Shown: positions 19,075 through 29,963, counted from the first letter of the stretch. The stretch is 50,734 bases of DNA from Cytophagales bacterium (GCA_038259985.1 JBBSOG010000001.1:1-50734), one strand, 5' to 3'. Made by a program: numbers and translations. Notes: generated from the sequence alone by a model not told the origin.

Positions 19075-19560
19075 ATGCTAAAGTTGTTCAGGTTTCTGTG
19101 GATATTGTCTGCCCTTGCTTACTTCGCCGTATTGCTGCTAGGTTATGCTTATCTGCCGGAAAGGGTGGGCATTCACGCCGATGCGGAAGGCATAGCCGAC
19201 CAGTTTGTTGAGAAGGAGACTTTTTTTTATGTGGGCTTGGGATTCTTTATCGTGTCCAACCTCCTGGGTTCTATCCTCTTGAGCGTGTTGACCGGCATCC
19301 CCGAAAGCGCTGGCTTCTACTTCAGGAGCGAAAGCTTTAAGGAGAATGTCACCTCCTGGTTTTGCTCGTTTATTGCCGTCATCAATGCCTTCCTGATCTG
19401 CGCGGTAACCTATATTTCGCTATTCAACAACCAGGGCAACTACCGGATTAGCCAGTTTAACTGGCTGATTTATGTTGCCCCTCTTTTGCTACTGGTCAAT
19501 ATGGTCTGGCTGGTCGTCATTATCGTCAAGCGTGCACAACCGGCTGAGGCTACCAGCTAA
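19075..19560 (+). CDS. Hypothetical 4-TM membrane protein (DUF1648-like N-terminus)
   Basis: Likely start MLKLFRFLW at 19075, downstream of the -7 box; YAYLPERVGIH resembles the DUF1648 LPxxIPxH motif. Confidence 0.7.
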   Translation: MLKLFRFLWILSALAYFAVLLLGYAYLPERVGIHADAEGIADQFVEKETFFYVGLGFFIVSNLLGSILLSVLTGIPESAGFYFRSESFKENVTSWFCSFIAVINAFLICAVTYISLFNNQGNYRISQFNWLIYVAPLLLLVNMVWLVVIIVKRAQPAEATS

Positions 19561-21376
19561 TTTTGTAGGTGGCCCCTGCCCTGAACCATCGCCCCGGCAT
19601 AGGTACGTAGCCCGCTTCCAGGTATTCGGTATTGGTAATGTTGGTGGCTTCCGCATAGAGGTTGAAGCGCTCGCTTTGGTAAAACAGTCGACTGTCCAGC
19701 AATGTATAATCCGTAAGCTTAGCCCGGTCCAGATACCTCAGTTGAAAAGTGTGGTGAAGCTTACCTATAATCTTATGGGTGATCCCAAAAATAAGCTGAT
19801 GGTTGAGGTTATTCAAAGCGTAGCGGGATTCTACCTCTTCTGTATTTAGTAGCGATGCATCCAGATAAGTATAATTCAACGAAGCGCGCTGCACCCAGGC
19901 ATTCTTTTTCTGGGAGAAGTCAAAATTCAGCCCTGCTTCTATGCCTTGTATATCTACATTATAAAAATTCTGGGGCTGCCAGGGCTGCTGATCGTTGTCC
20001 CTTACCCAGTCAATGAGGTTAGAAGCATCCCGCTTAAAGTAGCTTAACTGTCCCCAGAAGTGGCCTTGAAAGTATTTAAATCCACCCTCATAGGTAACCG
20101 CATCTTCCGGTGCCAACTGATCGTTACCGATGTTATTAGGGCCAGCGTAATACAGATCAGTGTAAGTAGGAATGCGGAAAGAACGGCCTACATTGGCAAA
20201 GGCTTTCCATTGAGCGGTGATTTCGTAACTGGCGTCCAGGCCGGGAAATAGGTTCCAGCCATAGTCAGAATACCAGTTGAGGTAAACCCCCGGGGTAAGA
20301 TCTAATTTGTTGAACCAATAAAAACGATGCTCCGCAAAGATACCCGCCAGGCTGCGGTTGCGTTTACCCAGATTGGTGCTGTTGATATTTTCATACCGAT
20401 ATTCTAATCCTATGCCCGTCAGCCCCAGCTTGCTATTGTAAGTAGTATGCACTTCCGCCCCCCCTACATGGGTGATATGCAAGTTGTTAAAAAAGTCAGG
20501 GTCACTTCTGCGAAACACATAGTCGTCATGGTTTCTTCGCCAGTACAAGCGAGGCTTGAACGTCCACTTGTCTTTCTTAAGCTCATAATCCGTGCTCAAG
20601 AATAAGGTATTAACTTCCTCGTACTCTTCAGAATCAGGCACATAAAACCCGGCAGCGCCGAAATCACGTTTGGTATAGCCTCCCAGGAAGTTAAGTTTTC
20701 CTTCATCCAGTTGCAGATAAGACTGGTAAAAAGCATTGGTCATCTTATAATCCGAGTTGGTACGATAACCTGCTGACTGGTCGCGGGAGACGGCTATATA
20801 TTGTCCGTATTTTTCTCCCGGCAATGCGAGGGATACATTACCACCAAAGGTCTCAAAATCACCGCCGTAGCCACTGAATACCGCCATTGGCTTAGTAGGT
20901 ACTTTGGTGATGATATTGATGGCACCGGAGAAAGCATTTTGTCCGTAGATGCGGGCACCGGGGCCTTTGAGTACCTCTATTCTTTCAATGTTATCCACAT
21001 CAAGGGGCAGGTCCATCAGGTGGTGGCCAGTCTGGGGGTCACTCATTTTGACACCATTGATCAGCACCAGTGTTTGTTCAAAAGTACCCCCTCTGATACT
21101 GATATCCGCCTGTACCCCGGCGGGGCCTCTTTGCCGTATATCTACGCCGGGCACATAGCTTAGCGCTTCGTTCAGGCTCTGAACCGGAGCCTGCTGTAGT
21201 TGTTCGCGGGTTACCACATAGATACTTCGGGCAGACTCAGAGAAGGGCGTCTGCATACGGTTTTCCGTAATGGTCAAGTTGTTAAGCTCAATAGCGGTAG
21301 TATCCACTTCCTGCGCATGAGTAGAATGGATGAAAAGTATTAGGGCAATAAAAAGCAGCAGTAAGTTTTTTTTCAT
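19550..21376 (-). CDS. TonB-dependent outer-membrane receptor (BtuB-like plug + barrel)
   Basis: Signal peptide MKKNLLLL (start 21376); plug motifs ISIRGG, LVLING and IERIEVLKGPGARIYG; C-terminal aromatic residue. The 3' end overlaps the convergent gene by 11 nt. Confidence 0.92.
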   Translation of the reverse strand: MKKNLLLLFIALILFIHSTHAQEVDTTAIELNNLTITENRMQTPFSESARSIYVVTREQLQQAPVQSLNEALSYVPGVDIRQRGPAGVQADISIRGGTFEQTLVLINGVKMSDPQTGHHLMDLPLDVDNIERIEVLKGPGARIYGQNAFSGAINIITKVPTKPMAVFSGYGGDFETFGGNVSLALPGEKYGQYIAVSRDQSAGYRTNSDYKMTNAFYQSYLQLDEGKLNFLGGYTKRDFGAAGFYVPDSEEYEEVNTLFLSTDYELKKDKWTFKPRLYWRRNHDDYVFRRSDPDFFNNLHITHVGGAEVHTTYNSKLGLTGIGLEYRYENINSTNLGKRNRSLAGIFAEHRFYWFNKLDLTPGVYLNWYSDYGWNLFPGLDASYEITAQWKAFANVGRSFRIPTYTDLYYAGPNNIGNDQLAPEDAVTYEGGFKYFQGHFWGQLSYFKRDASNLIDWVRDNDQQPWQPQNFYNVDIQGIEAGLNFDFSQKKNAWVQRASLNYTYLDASLLNTEEVESRYALNNLNHQLIFGITHKIIGKLHHTFQLRYLDRAKLTDYTLLDSRLFYQSERFNLYAEATNITNTEYLEAGYVPMPGRWFRAGATYKISW

Positions 21377-21500
21377 CGGATTTGGTATTGAGGCTGCAAT
21401 ACTACAAAAGATGGCTACATAGCACAACTGAATATTTTGCTCACCTATAAAGACAATGATAATATTTTATATCTTCATGCTTAACCTAAACCTGCTCAAG

Positions 21501-22634
21501 TTGAAAATACTCATTGCCCCCAACGCTTTCAAGAACAGCCTGGATGCCGTAAAAGCTGCTGCTGCCATACACATTGGATTGAAAAAAAGCAGCTTAAATG
21601 TGGAATGCTTACTACAACCCATCGCTGACGGTGGCGATGGTATGTTGACTGTCATGCTCAATCAGGCAGGGGGAGAACTTAGAGAAACGGACGTAGCTGA
21701 TCCGCTAGGAAGAAATATAAAAGCTACGTTTGGCCTGATTAACCAAGGCAAGACAGCGGTGATTGAGATGGCGGAGGCCTCAGGCATTAGATTGCTCAAG
21801 CCGGAAGAACTAAACCCTATGAAAGCATCTTCCGTGGGTACCGGGCAGTTGATGAAAGCAGCCCTAGATGCCGGGGTAGAAGAAATCGTGATAGGCATAG
21901 GGGGAAGCGCTACCGTAGATTTAGGATTGGGCATGGCGCAGGCTTTGGGCGTCAAAATGCTGGATGAGCAAGGGAAGCTCATTCCACCGGGAGGCGAAGG
22001 TGTGCAACGATTGCATACCATAGGTATGCAGTCCGTTGACGCTCGGCTGGCCAAAGTATCTATCATCGTCACCTGCGATGTCACCAACAAATTATTAGAA
22101 GCCCCCGCTGTTTTTGGCCCACAAAAAGGTGCTGATAAAAAGATGGTGAAGGAACTGGAACATCACTTTGAGAGAGTAGCCAAGATTATGGAGAAAACAT
22201 TAGGCAAAGCTATTATGAATGTTGAACGAACGGGTGCCGCCGGAGGCTTAGGTGCTGCTTTATTGGGGTTTTTTGATGCTGAATTGGTAGATGGCACTGA
22301 TTATCTGCTATCCCGCACCGGCTTTCATCAGGATTTGCAAAACGCAGACCTGGTGATCACCGCCGAAGGTGCCTTAGACAGGCAGACACAAGCGGGCAAA
22401 GGGCCTTTCTATGTGGCTACCCAGGCTAAAGCAAAGGGCAAAGCAGTCATTATGCTAGCCGGAAGCTTACCTAAAGACTACCGTCCTGAAGATTACAAAG
22501 TGTACGATGTGATCCTGCCTATCGGCCCGCGCCCACAATCTCTGGAAGAAGCTTTAGCCCATACTGCGGACAACCTGGAGCGAACGGCTTTTCAGATTGG
22601 TAATATGCTGGGCATAAAAAAAAGTGGACCGTAA
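21501..22634 (+). CDS. glxK: Glycerate kinase (GlxK/GarK family)
   Basis: KILIAPNAFKNSL, PIADGGDG, IGIGGSATVD and GAAGGLG. Probable TTG start at 21501 (ORF track starts at 21456). Confidence 0.92.
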   Translation: MKILIAPNAFKNSLDAVKAAAAIHIGLKKSSLNVECLLQPIADGGDGMLTVMLNQAGGELRETDVADPLGRNIKATFGLINQGKTAVIEMAEASGIRLLKPEELNPMKASSVGTGQLMKAALDAGVEEIVIGIGGSATVDLGLGMAQALGVKMLDEQGKLIPPGGEGVQRLHTIGMQSVDARLAKVSIIVTCDVTNKLLEAPAVFGPQKGADKKMVKELEHHFERVAKIMEKTLGKAIMNVERTGAAGGLGAALLGFFDAELVDGTDYLLSRTGFHQDLQNADLVITAEGALDRQTQAGKGPFYVATQAKAKGKAVIMLAGSLPKDYRPEDYKVYDVILPIGPRPQSLEEALAHTADNLERTAFQIGNMLGIKKSGP

Positions 22635-22674
22635 ATTTACTGCCCACTCATTTCTTAAGCCGATTATTTATTAC

Positions 22675-23616
22675 TTACAACCTCTGGAGCATTTCCATCA
22701 GGCCTGCGTTTTTGTGCTTGGGCCTTACGATCAGCAGTGGAATGTTAGCGTCCACGCTAATGAGCTTCTCAGTGTTCGTTCCTATCGGGAAGAAAGCGGT
22801 AGACGCTGCTTTGCCTTTTCCTCCGATCACGATAAAATTAACATTCAAAGCTACAGCTTGGTCATAAATCATAGATACCGGACTTTCCTGTTTGCTTAAT
22901 GAAAACAAGGGTGTGATGTTAACACCTCTGGTATCCACTTTACTGATAAATTTTTTGTAGTTCTTCTCAGCGTTATTTCGCATGACTTCGCTGCTTTCGT
23001 CAAAGGATTTGCCGGTATAATGATAACCTACCGGAACCTGGTACACATGATGGCAGATAATCTCTACTTCTCTTCCTTCGTTGCTTGCGTGGCTGGCTAC
23101 CGAAATAGCTTCCTGTAGCGCGGCTAGTGAGTCTTTGGAAAAATCAGTAGCGACCATAATACGGTTCATACCCGCGTATTCTTTCTCAGGCACGATCAAC
23201 AAAGAGCAGGTGGCCCGGCGTGCCAAACGCTGGGTAACGACGCTGCTGCCTTTGAGATTTTCTTTTCTTCCTACAACAATGGCGTCAATGTTATGCTTTT
23301 CTGCCAGTTTAAGGATATGCTTAGAAGGTAAAAGTCCTTCTTCAACAGCAATCTTCACCTTGATTTGCTGGTTGGTCATATCAAAGCGCTCAATGACCTT
23401 CTTCTCCATCTGCTTCTTCCGGTCTTTGATGGCATCTTCCATCAAGTTAGGAAATTCTTTTTTCAGCGAATCAGGAAGCTGGGTGTTCTTGATCACATTC
23501 ACAAAATGAACAGACTCGGCTGAAGTTGACTGCGCCAGAAAGGATGCAAACTCAATGAGCGTATCGTCCATAGGCGATGCATCAAGGGCGACCAAAATTT
23601 TCTTTAAAGGATACAT
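22675..23616 (-). CDS. Universal stress protein, tandem USP domains
   Basis: KKILVALDAS...IVVGRK...GSSVVTQRLARRATCSLLIVP and RIMVATDFS...IPLLIV; likely start MYPLKK at 23616. Confidence 0.9.
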   Translation of the reverse strand: MYPLKKILVALDASPMDDTLIEFASFLAQSTSAESVHFVNVIKNTQLPDSLKKEFPNLMEDAIKDRKKQMEKKVIERFDMTNQQIKVKIAVEEGLLPSKHILKLAEKHNIDAIVVGRKENLKGSSVVTQRLARRATCSLLIVPEKEYAGMNRIMVATDFSKDSLAALQEAISVASHASNEGREVEIICHHVYQVPVGYHYTGKSFDESSEVMRNNAEKNYKKFISKVDTRGVNITPLFSLSKQESPVSMIYDQAVALNVNFIVIGGKGKAASTAFFPIGTNTEKLISVDANIPLLIVRPKHKNAGLMEMLQRL

Positions 23617-23813
23617 ATTACTATTAAAATAAAGTTCTCTTTTTGTATAAAATGTTCTTAGTATCTGAGGCTTAACAAACACAAAATAAGCCACGTTTCA
23701 TTAACAGTTACTTTCTATTATCAGCTAAACGTTATGCGTGTAATAAAGGGCTAAGTTTATACCAATAAAATTTTCATAACCCCTAGCTATACTACAATTA
23801 TTAGACCGGCAAG

Positions 23814-24893
23814 CTACTTCAAGCTATTTATTTTGTCTACCAGCAGTTCAAACTGTTCTTTTGAGTGTGTAGGAAAATTGGCTATTCTAATGTGTTTTGA
23901 CTTATAGTCACCATATCCGCTTCCTACGATCAATCGGTCAGCTTTAAGTTGATCTATGATTTCTGCTGAGGGCACACTGGTTTCTGCCACAATGACAGTT
24001 TTTGACCGATAAGCTTCCTCTTTGACAAGGGCTTTCATCTTCGGATGGTTCTCCAGACAGTGATACATCAAGGCGGCCTTATATTCAGTTTCCTGCCTGA
24101 TTTTATCCAGTCCTTTTTGAAGCATATCTCCACTGACTTTGGCCAGCAAATAGATATTCAACACATTGGGCGTTTCTGGCGTTTGGTCTTTGATTCCTTT
24201 AGCAAGCAAAGCGGGAAGGGTATGATAAGAACCAATGCTAAGCCCTTTATCTAGTAAACTCTGCGCTTTCTCCATACAACGCGGACTGACGATCCACACG
24301 CCAAGTCCGGCAGGTAAACCAAAGGCTTTTTGTACCGAGAAGAACACAGTATCAACCTGACTATAATCAATCTCAGGATGGGGCAAAATAGATACTGCAT
24401 CAAGGGCAATCAGCTTATCGGGATGCGCCTGATGGATAGCGTAAACATCTTCCAACGGTTGTGATGCCCCGGTGCTAGTTTCGTTGAGTGTAAAAGCTAT
24501 CAATTCTACATTAGAGGAAATTGAGCTGGGATCAGGATTTACACAACTGCCTGCTTCGGCTATTTCTGCGCTGGCTTTCCGGTTCAGTTCTTCTGCAGTA
24601 GCCTGAAAACGTTCGGAAAAAGCACCATTCACATAGTGATGGCTTTGATGCTCCACACAATTTTCAATAATCCTTTCCCAAATCTCAGTCGCAGAGCCAG
24701 TAAAGAAGATGTGATAATGCTCAGGCACATTCAGCAACTCCTTTAAATTAGTGACGGCTTCATGATAAATGCCCTGAAAAGTTTTGCTGCGATGAGAGAT
24801 TGAAGGGATTTGTTCCTTCAACGCATTTTTAATGTGGCCTTCTACGGTGTAATACAGTTCAGCCGGCCCGGGCGTAAAATAGATGTTCTTCAT
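23814..24893 (-). CDS. serC: Phosphoserine aminotransferase-like class V PLP aminotransferase
   Basis: FTPGP, SISHRSK, NETSTG, FSVQKAFGLPAGLG (PLP Lys), ETPN and RIANFP. Confidence 0.85.
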   Translation of the reverse strand: MKNIYFTPGPAELYYTVEGHIKNALKEQIPSISHRSKTFQGIYHEAVTNLKELLNVPEHYHIFFTGSATEIWERIIENCVEHQSHHYVNGAFSERFQATAEELNRKASAEIAEAGSCVNPDPSSISSNVELIAFTLNETSTGASQPLEDVYAIHQAHPDKLIALDAVSILPHPEIDYSQVDTVFFSVQKAFGLPAGLGVWIVSPRCMEKAQSLLDKGLSIGSYHTLPALLAKGIKDQTPETPNVLNIYLLAKVSGDMLQKGLDKIRQETEYKAALMYHCLENHPKMKALVKEEAYRSKTVIVAETSVPSAEIIDQLKADRLIVGSGYGDYKSKHIRIANFPTHSKEQFELLVDKINSLK

Positions 24894-24942
24894 TTTCCTA
24901 GGATTTCCAACCCAAACAATAATGATTACTGGTTTTTGCCTG

Positions 24943-24950
24943 CAAAGGTA
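24943..24950 (-). promoter_or_regulatory. -7 promoter box for serC
   Basis: Minus strand TACCTTTG, about 50 bp upstream of the start. Confidence 0.55.
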
Positions 24951-25166
24951 GTCAAATAAATAGTGCTTGCTATGGCTAGTACATGATATTTATCAGGGGC
25001 TTGCCCGGGAATATTATCTATGTCAGGCATCGGTTTAAAAAAATTAACCTGCATTTTCAAAAGCCTGACTGGCTGGGAATATTTGTGAACGGATAACTAT
25101 TTGATAAATCTACGAGTTCCTTATATTGTCAACGTAAAAAATTGAACTAATCAAGAAAGAAAAATT

Positions 25167-25637
25167 ATGATTGATCAAATTATCAATTCCCTAAAGGGAG
25201 AACTTAGCAAGAAATTTACCGGTGACTTTGGTATGCAGCAGGATAAAGTAGATGATGCTGTCGGGTTGGCCAAAGATGATATTTTTGGTACTATTAAAGA
25301 CGAAGCGGGTCGGGGAAACTTTGGTGGGCTGATGGGCTTGTTTCAGGACAAAGAACAGATCGCTAGTAATCCTATTGTAATCAATATGGTCAAAAAATAC
25401 GCGGGCGACCTTGGTTCAAAACTTGGACTAAACCCGAGCATGTCCAGTACAATCGCTAACTATGCTATCCCATTTGTGTTGAGTAAATTTATTAATACTG
25501 CCCAGGAGAAAGGGGTAAATCCAGCCAGCCTGATGTCTATGCTGGGCGGAAGCGATGACAAAGATAGCAAGGAGGAAGATTTGGGTGACAAGTTAAAAGG
25601 TCAATTTGGAGATTCATTAGGTGGATTTTTCAAATAA
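25167..25637 (+). CDS. Hypothetical Gly/Leu-rich helical protein (DUF937-like)
   Basis: 156-aa ORF ending LGGFFK, typical of this Bacteroidota family. Confidence 0.65.
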   Translation: MIDQIINSLKGELSKKFTGDFGMQQDKVDDAVGLAKDDIFGTIKDEAGRGNFGGLMGLFQDKEQIASNPIVINMVKKYAGDLGSKLGLNPSMSSTIANYAIPFVLSKFINTAQEKGVNPASLMSMLGGSDDKDSKEEDLGDKLKGQFGDSLGGFFK

Positions 25638-25684
25638 TTTGTAGATTTGCTTAAAATCAAATACGAAAAGTCGCGATTGAGTCT

Positions 25685-26473
25685 ATGATGCCTTCTAAGT
25701 TACAAATTCCGGCATTGCTGGAACCTTATCGTAAGCAAATTGAATCATCTGTAAAACCTTATGTTCGCATATCGGCGAAGCCTGACGATGATCTTGAATT
25801 GACGCAAAGTAAATTTGGTGGTTTCCCCTATCTTCCTGTCGGTTATGAATATCCTACAAGAAATAATGGGCAACCACTTTTTATGCTTGCCCAGATTAAT
25901 TTTGAAGAAGTGCCCCATTTGGCAGGGTTTCCTGAAAAGGGAATTCTACAGTTTTATGTGGGCGATGACAATATGTACGGATTGGATCTGGATGACCCAT
26001 TTGACCAGGTTAGCTATAGGCTTATCTTTTTTGAGGAAGTAGACGCCGACCATGCCCAGGAAGATTTTGATTTCCCGGATTTTGACAATGTTCCGGTACT
26101 GCAAAGCCATGCCTTGCAGTTTGAAATCAAACATGCCCCGGTTTCACCTACCGATAGGGCTTTTGACGATTTTTTTGGCTCGCCCGTTTTCGACTTTTTT
26201 GACCGCTTCGGTGATGACAAAGTAGAGGCAAGGAGAGCTTATGCTCGTCTGGCACAAGGCAATGGGCACAAGCTAGGCGGTTACGCCCACTTCACGCAAG
26301 AAGATCCTCGCTTGGTACAGGAATTTGAAGAAGCGGTGCTACTACTTCAAATTGATTCCGACCACAAAAGTATCTTGTGGGGTGATGAAGGCATTGGTAA
26401 TTTCTTCATTCACCCCGAAGATTTACAAGACTTGGAATTTTCCGAAGTTCTCTACAATTGGGATAGTCCTTAA
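25685..26473 (+). CDS. YwqG/DUF1963 family protein
   Basis: SKFGGFPYLP, LAQINFEE, GILQFY, HKLGGY..FTQEDPR, LLLQIDS, WGDEG and FSEVLYNWD. Confidence 0.9.
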   Translation: MMPSKLQIPALLEPYRKQIESSVKPYVRISAKPDDDLELTQSKFGGFPYLPVGYEYPTRNNGQPLFMLAQINFEEVPHLAGFPEKGILQFYVGDDNMYGLDLDDPFDQVSYRLIFFEEVDADHAQEDFDFPDFDNVPVLQSHALQFEIKHAPVSPTDRAFDDFFGSPVFDFFDRFGDDKVEARRAYARLAQGNGHKLGGYAHFTQEDPRLVQEFEEAVLLLQIDSDHKSILWGDEGIGNFFIHPEDLQDLEFSEVLYNWDSP

Positions 26474-28287
26474 CTTAAATATTTAGCTAAGAACTTTTCC
26501 ATTTCTTCGTAGAACTCAAAGCGGTTTTCTTCATTGTGAAAGCCGTGCCCTTCGTTTTCTTTGACCAGATAATCCACGTCAACGCCTCTTTCCCGAAGCG
26601 CTTGCACGATCTGGTCAGATTCCGCCTGGTTGACACGAGGATCTTTAGCGCCCTGAGCAATGAGCAGGGGCGCTTTTATTTTGTGTGCCTGCAACGCAGG
26701 TGAAGTCTGATCAAATTGCTCCTTCATCTCCTCCGGATGGCCTACCATCTCATACATCATTTCCAGCATCGGTTTCCAGTAGGGAGGAATGGTTTGCATA
26801 AAGGTAAACAGATTGGATACGCCTACATAATCCACGCCACATGCATAGAGATCAGGCGTAAAAGTTAAGCCTGCCAAAGTTGCATAACCGCCGTAACTTC
26901 CGCCATAAATAGCCACCTTCTCCGGGTCAGCGATACCTTCGTCAATGAGGTATTTTACACCATCGCTGATGTCATCCTGCATCTTGAGTCCCCATTGCTT
27001 GAAAGAGGCTTCCCAAAAAGACCGGCCATAACCGGTAGAACCACGGTAATTCATCTGCAACACCGCATAACCCCGATTAGCGAGAAACTGCACTTCGGGA
27101 TTGAAACCCCATGCATCACGCACCCAGGGGCCACCGTGAGGGTTGACTACCAGCGGGATTTTATCGGCGCCCTTACCCAAAGGCAGGGTCAGGTATCCAT
27201 GAATACTAAGCCCGTCCCGGGATGTATAGGTAACAGGCTTCATCTCAGCCATTTTCTCCTTTTTGAGCCAGGGGCTGACTTCTATCAACTTCTCTAAAGT
27301 TTGGGTAGTTTGATCATAAAAATAATAGCTTCCCAAAGTACGGTCGCTATAGGTGCGAACGATGAACTTATCCTCGTTTTTGTTGTGACTGGTGATCGCG
27401 ATTTCATCGTCTCCCAGCTGTGATTTCAGCCATTCATAGCGTTGCTTAGCTTCTTCATCCAGAAAAGCCCTTTCGGTTTTCCAAGTAGTGTAAGCGATAC
27501 CGGTCAACACTTTTCTTTTCTTAGAATAGCTCAGGCTGCTGACATCTACTTCGGGATGCTCAAAAATTTTCTCTACCTCTTTGCCCTCTTTTGTTTCCAA
27601 CAGAACGATTGCAGATTTATCTCGGCCGATGTTAGAAGTGGAGTATAGGTTTTTGTTATCAAAAGTAAAGAAAAGCGGAGAGGCACTTTCTTTAAAATTA
27701 GTGGTGAGCAGTGGCTTAAATTCCTGATCTTCAGTTTCGCGGTGCAGAAGTGTAGTGTTCACGCCATCGGAAGTCAGGGCGATGCGCAGCGCACCCGCGT
27801 GATCGGTAAGCCAACCTACAATGTTGCCGGGGTTTTCAGCGATCATCTGCATTTCCCCACTCTTCAGATGGAGACGATAAGCGTCAAAAAATTCGGGATT
27901 GCGCTGGTTCAGGCCGATGATGACTTCATCAGGAAAATCTTCCAAATCATCAATCAATTGGGTACGGACATTATCGAAGCGGGTCAGTACTCGTTCGTTA
28001 TTGCCGTCCATATCAATGGCAGTCAGGTAATAATTTTCATCCCCGCCATTGTCCCTCATATACACGAGACGGTTGTCATCTGCCCAAAAATATCCGGCGA
28101 TATCCCGCTCGGTCACACTGGTGATCCGCTGCACCTTATCTTTCCCTATTTTCTGAACGTGAATGTTCATCCGGTCCTGGTAAGGGGCCAGAAAGGAGAT
28201 ATATACTCCATTGGGAGAAAGGTCAAAACCTGATTTTTCTGGGTTTTTGAAGAAGTCTCTTACGGGTATTTTTCTGATTTGGGACAT
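26470..28287 (-). CDS. S9 family peptidase (dipeptidyl aminopeptidase/acylaminoacyl peptidase)
   Basis: HGGPW, GGSYGGY (nucleophile Ser), DPRV (Asp) and EGHGF (His). Confidence 0.95.
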   Translation of the reverse strand: MSQIRKIPVRDFFKNPEKSGFDLSPNGVYISFLAPYQDRMNIHVQKIGKDKVQRITSVTERDIAGYFWADDNRLVYMRDNGGDENYYLTAIDMDGNNERVLTRFDNVRTQLIDDLEDFPDEVIIGLNQRNPEFFDAYRLHLKSGEMQMIAENPGNIVGWLTDHAGALRIALTSDGVNTTLLHRETEDQEFKPLLTTNFKESASPLFFTFDNKNLYSTSNIGRDKSAIVLLETKEGKEVEKIFEHPEVDVSSLSYSKKRKVLTGIAYTTWKTERAFLDEEAKQRYEWLKSQLGDDEIAITSHNKNEDKFIVRTYSDRTLGSYYFYDQTTQTLEKLIEVSPWLKKEKMAEMKPVTYTSRDGLSIHGYLTLPLGKGADKIPLVVNPHGGPWVRDAWGFNPEVQFLANRGYAVLQMNYRGSTGYGRSFWEASFKQWGLKMQDDISDGVKYLIDEGIADPEKVAIYGGSYGGYATLAGLTFTPDLYACGVDYVGVSNLFTFMQTIPPYWKPMLEMMYEMVGHPEEMKEQFDQTSPALQAHKIKAPLLIAQGAKDPRVNQAESDQIVQALRERGVDVDYLVKENEGHGFHNEENRFEFYEEMEKFLAKYLS

Positions 28288-28402
28288 AAGTGTTTGTAAG
28301 TTCAGAGTTTAAGAGTTCACAGTTCAGGGTTTATTTTTTGCGCATATCTGACTTGGTTGCAACATCAAAAACTGACTATGAAGAGATAATTATTTGATTC
28401 TT

Positions 28403-29146
28403 TTAAGAATTTGGGCTTTCGTCAATCGCTTTTTTCAGCACCTGCCAAACATTGTTGGCCACAATTTTTTGCCCTTCCACAGTTGGGTGAATGCCATCGC
28501 CCTGGTTGAGTTCAGTTTCCCCGGCAACACCCTGAAGTAAAAAAGGAATGAGCATGACTTCTTCTTCCTCAGCGATGGTGGGGTATAGCTTTTGAAACCC
28601 TTCTGAATATTCCGGTCCCATGTTCGGAGGGACCATCATGCCTGCCAGAATAATTTTGGTACTGGGGTTAGCTTCTTTTACCTGTTTGATTATGGAGCGG
28701 AGATTGGTATTTGTTTCTTCAGTAGGGATACCTCTTAATCCATCGTTAGCACCCAGTTCCAGCACAAATATATCTATCTCTTGCCTCTCCAACACCCACT
28801 CCAGGCGAGAGTTTCCACTGGCAGTAGTTTCCCCACTTAACCCGGCGTTCAACACTTGATAGTCCAATCCCAGCGAATCCAGCTTGTTTTGAACTAATGC
28901 AGGAAAGGCTTCTTCCGGTTCCAATCCGTAGCCAGCGGTCAGGCTGTTGCCGAAGAACAGAATCACTTTTCTGGTGGCTGTGGTGTCCTCTGGATTTTCT
29001 TCTGAAGTCACTTTGGTGGATAAAGCCGAATCATTGGCTTTATTATCCTGGGCACAGGAAAACAGCAAGAGCGAAAAGCACGTACTCAATAAGAGACTTA
29101 CAAAAAACCTGTGGGCACAATAATTCAACAAATTGTTGGTCATCAT
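28403..29146 (-). CDS. tesA: Arylesterase / acyl-CoA thioesterase I-like SGNH hydrolase lipoprotein
   Basis: FGNSLTAGYG, NAGLSGET, ELGANDGLRG and DGIHP; lipobox LFSC; divergent from ybbA as in the classical locus. Confidence 0.88.
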   Translation of the reverse strand: MMTNNLLNYCAHRFFVSLLLSTCFSLLLFSCAQDNKANDSALSTKVTSEENPEDTTATRKVILFFGNSLTAGYGLEPEEAFPALVQNKLDSLGLDYQVLNAGLSGETTASGNSRLEWVLERQEIDIFVLELGANDGLRGIPTEETNTNLRSIIKQVKEANPSTKIILAGMMVPPNMGPEYSEGFQKLYPTIAEEEEVMLIPFLLQGVAGETELNQGDGIHPTVEGQKIVANNVWQVLKKAIDESPNS

Positions 29147-29240
29147 AATATATCATTAGTTGGATAGCGGAAGTATCTTTTGTTCTGATAACTTATACGA
29201 CCGCCCAATAGTTAAATCTCGCAATTAAGCATAATATTTT

Positions 29241-29963
29241 ATGTCGTCAATTCTCGAAGTAAAAAACCTTAGCAAAACCTACCGCAGTGGAACCCATCAA
29301 CTAACTGTATTGGATCAAGTAAATTTACATATTGATAAGGGGGATACCTGCGCTATCGTAGGGCCATCAGGCAGTGGTAAAACCACGCTGCTCGGGCTTT
29401 GTGCTGGCTTAGACCGGGCTAGTTCCGGTTCGGTGATCCTCAACGGAGTGACGCTGGACAAACTCAATGAAGACCAGCGGGCAGAGGTGAGAGGCAAATA
29501 TGTAGGCTTTATCTTTCAGAATTTTAACCTAATGCCTACCCTCACTGCCGTAGAAAATGTGATGGTGCCCCTGGAATTGAGAGGGGAGAAGCAAGCGGGA
29601 AAAATAGCCATTGATCTGTTAGACAAAGTAGGACTAGCCGACAGAAAAAATCATTTCCCTACCCAATTATCGGGTGGGGAGCAACAAAGAGTATCTATCG
29701 CCCGGGCGTTTTCCAATAGCCCGGCCATATTATTTGCCGATGAGCCGACGGGCAACCTGGACGAAGAAACCGGGGAGCATATTGAACAATTGATTTTTGA
29801 CCTCAACCGTGATTCGGGTACTACCCTGGTGCTGGTCACCCACGATCTGGCCCTGGCACGCCGCACCCAGCGCATTATCAGCATCAAAGGAGGAAAGATT
29901 GCTAAGAATGAGTTGAACAAGCAAATACAAGAAGTAGATCAGATGAAAGAAAACAATTTGTAG
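29241..29963 (+). CDS. ABC transporter ATP-binding protein (YbbA/LolD-like)
   Basis: GPSGSGKT, LSGGEQQRV, FADEPTGNLD and VTHD. Confidence 0.95.
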   Translation: MSSILEVKNLSKTYRSGTHQLTVLDQVNLHIDKGDTCAIVGPSGSGKTTLLGLCAGLDRASSGSVILNGVTLDKLNEDQRAEVRGKYVGFIFQNFNLMPTLTAVENVMVPLELRGEKQAGKIAIDLLDKVGLADRKNHFPTQLSGGEQQRVSIARAFSNSPAILFADEPTGNLDEETGEHIEQLIFDLNRDSGTTLVLVTHDLALARRTQRIISIKGGKIAKNELNKQIQEVDQMKENNL

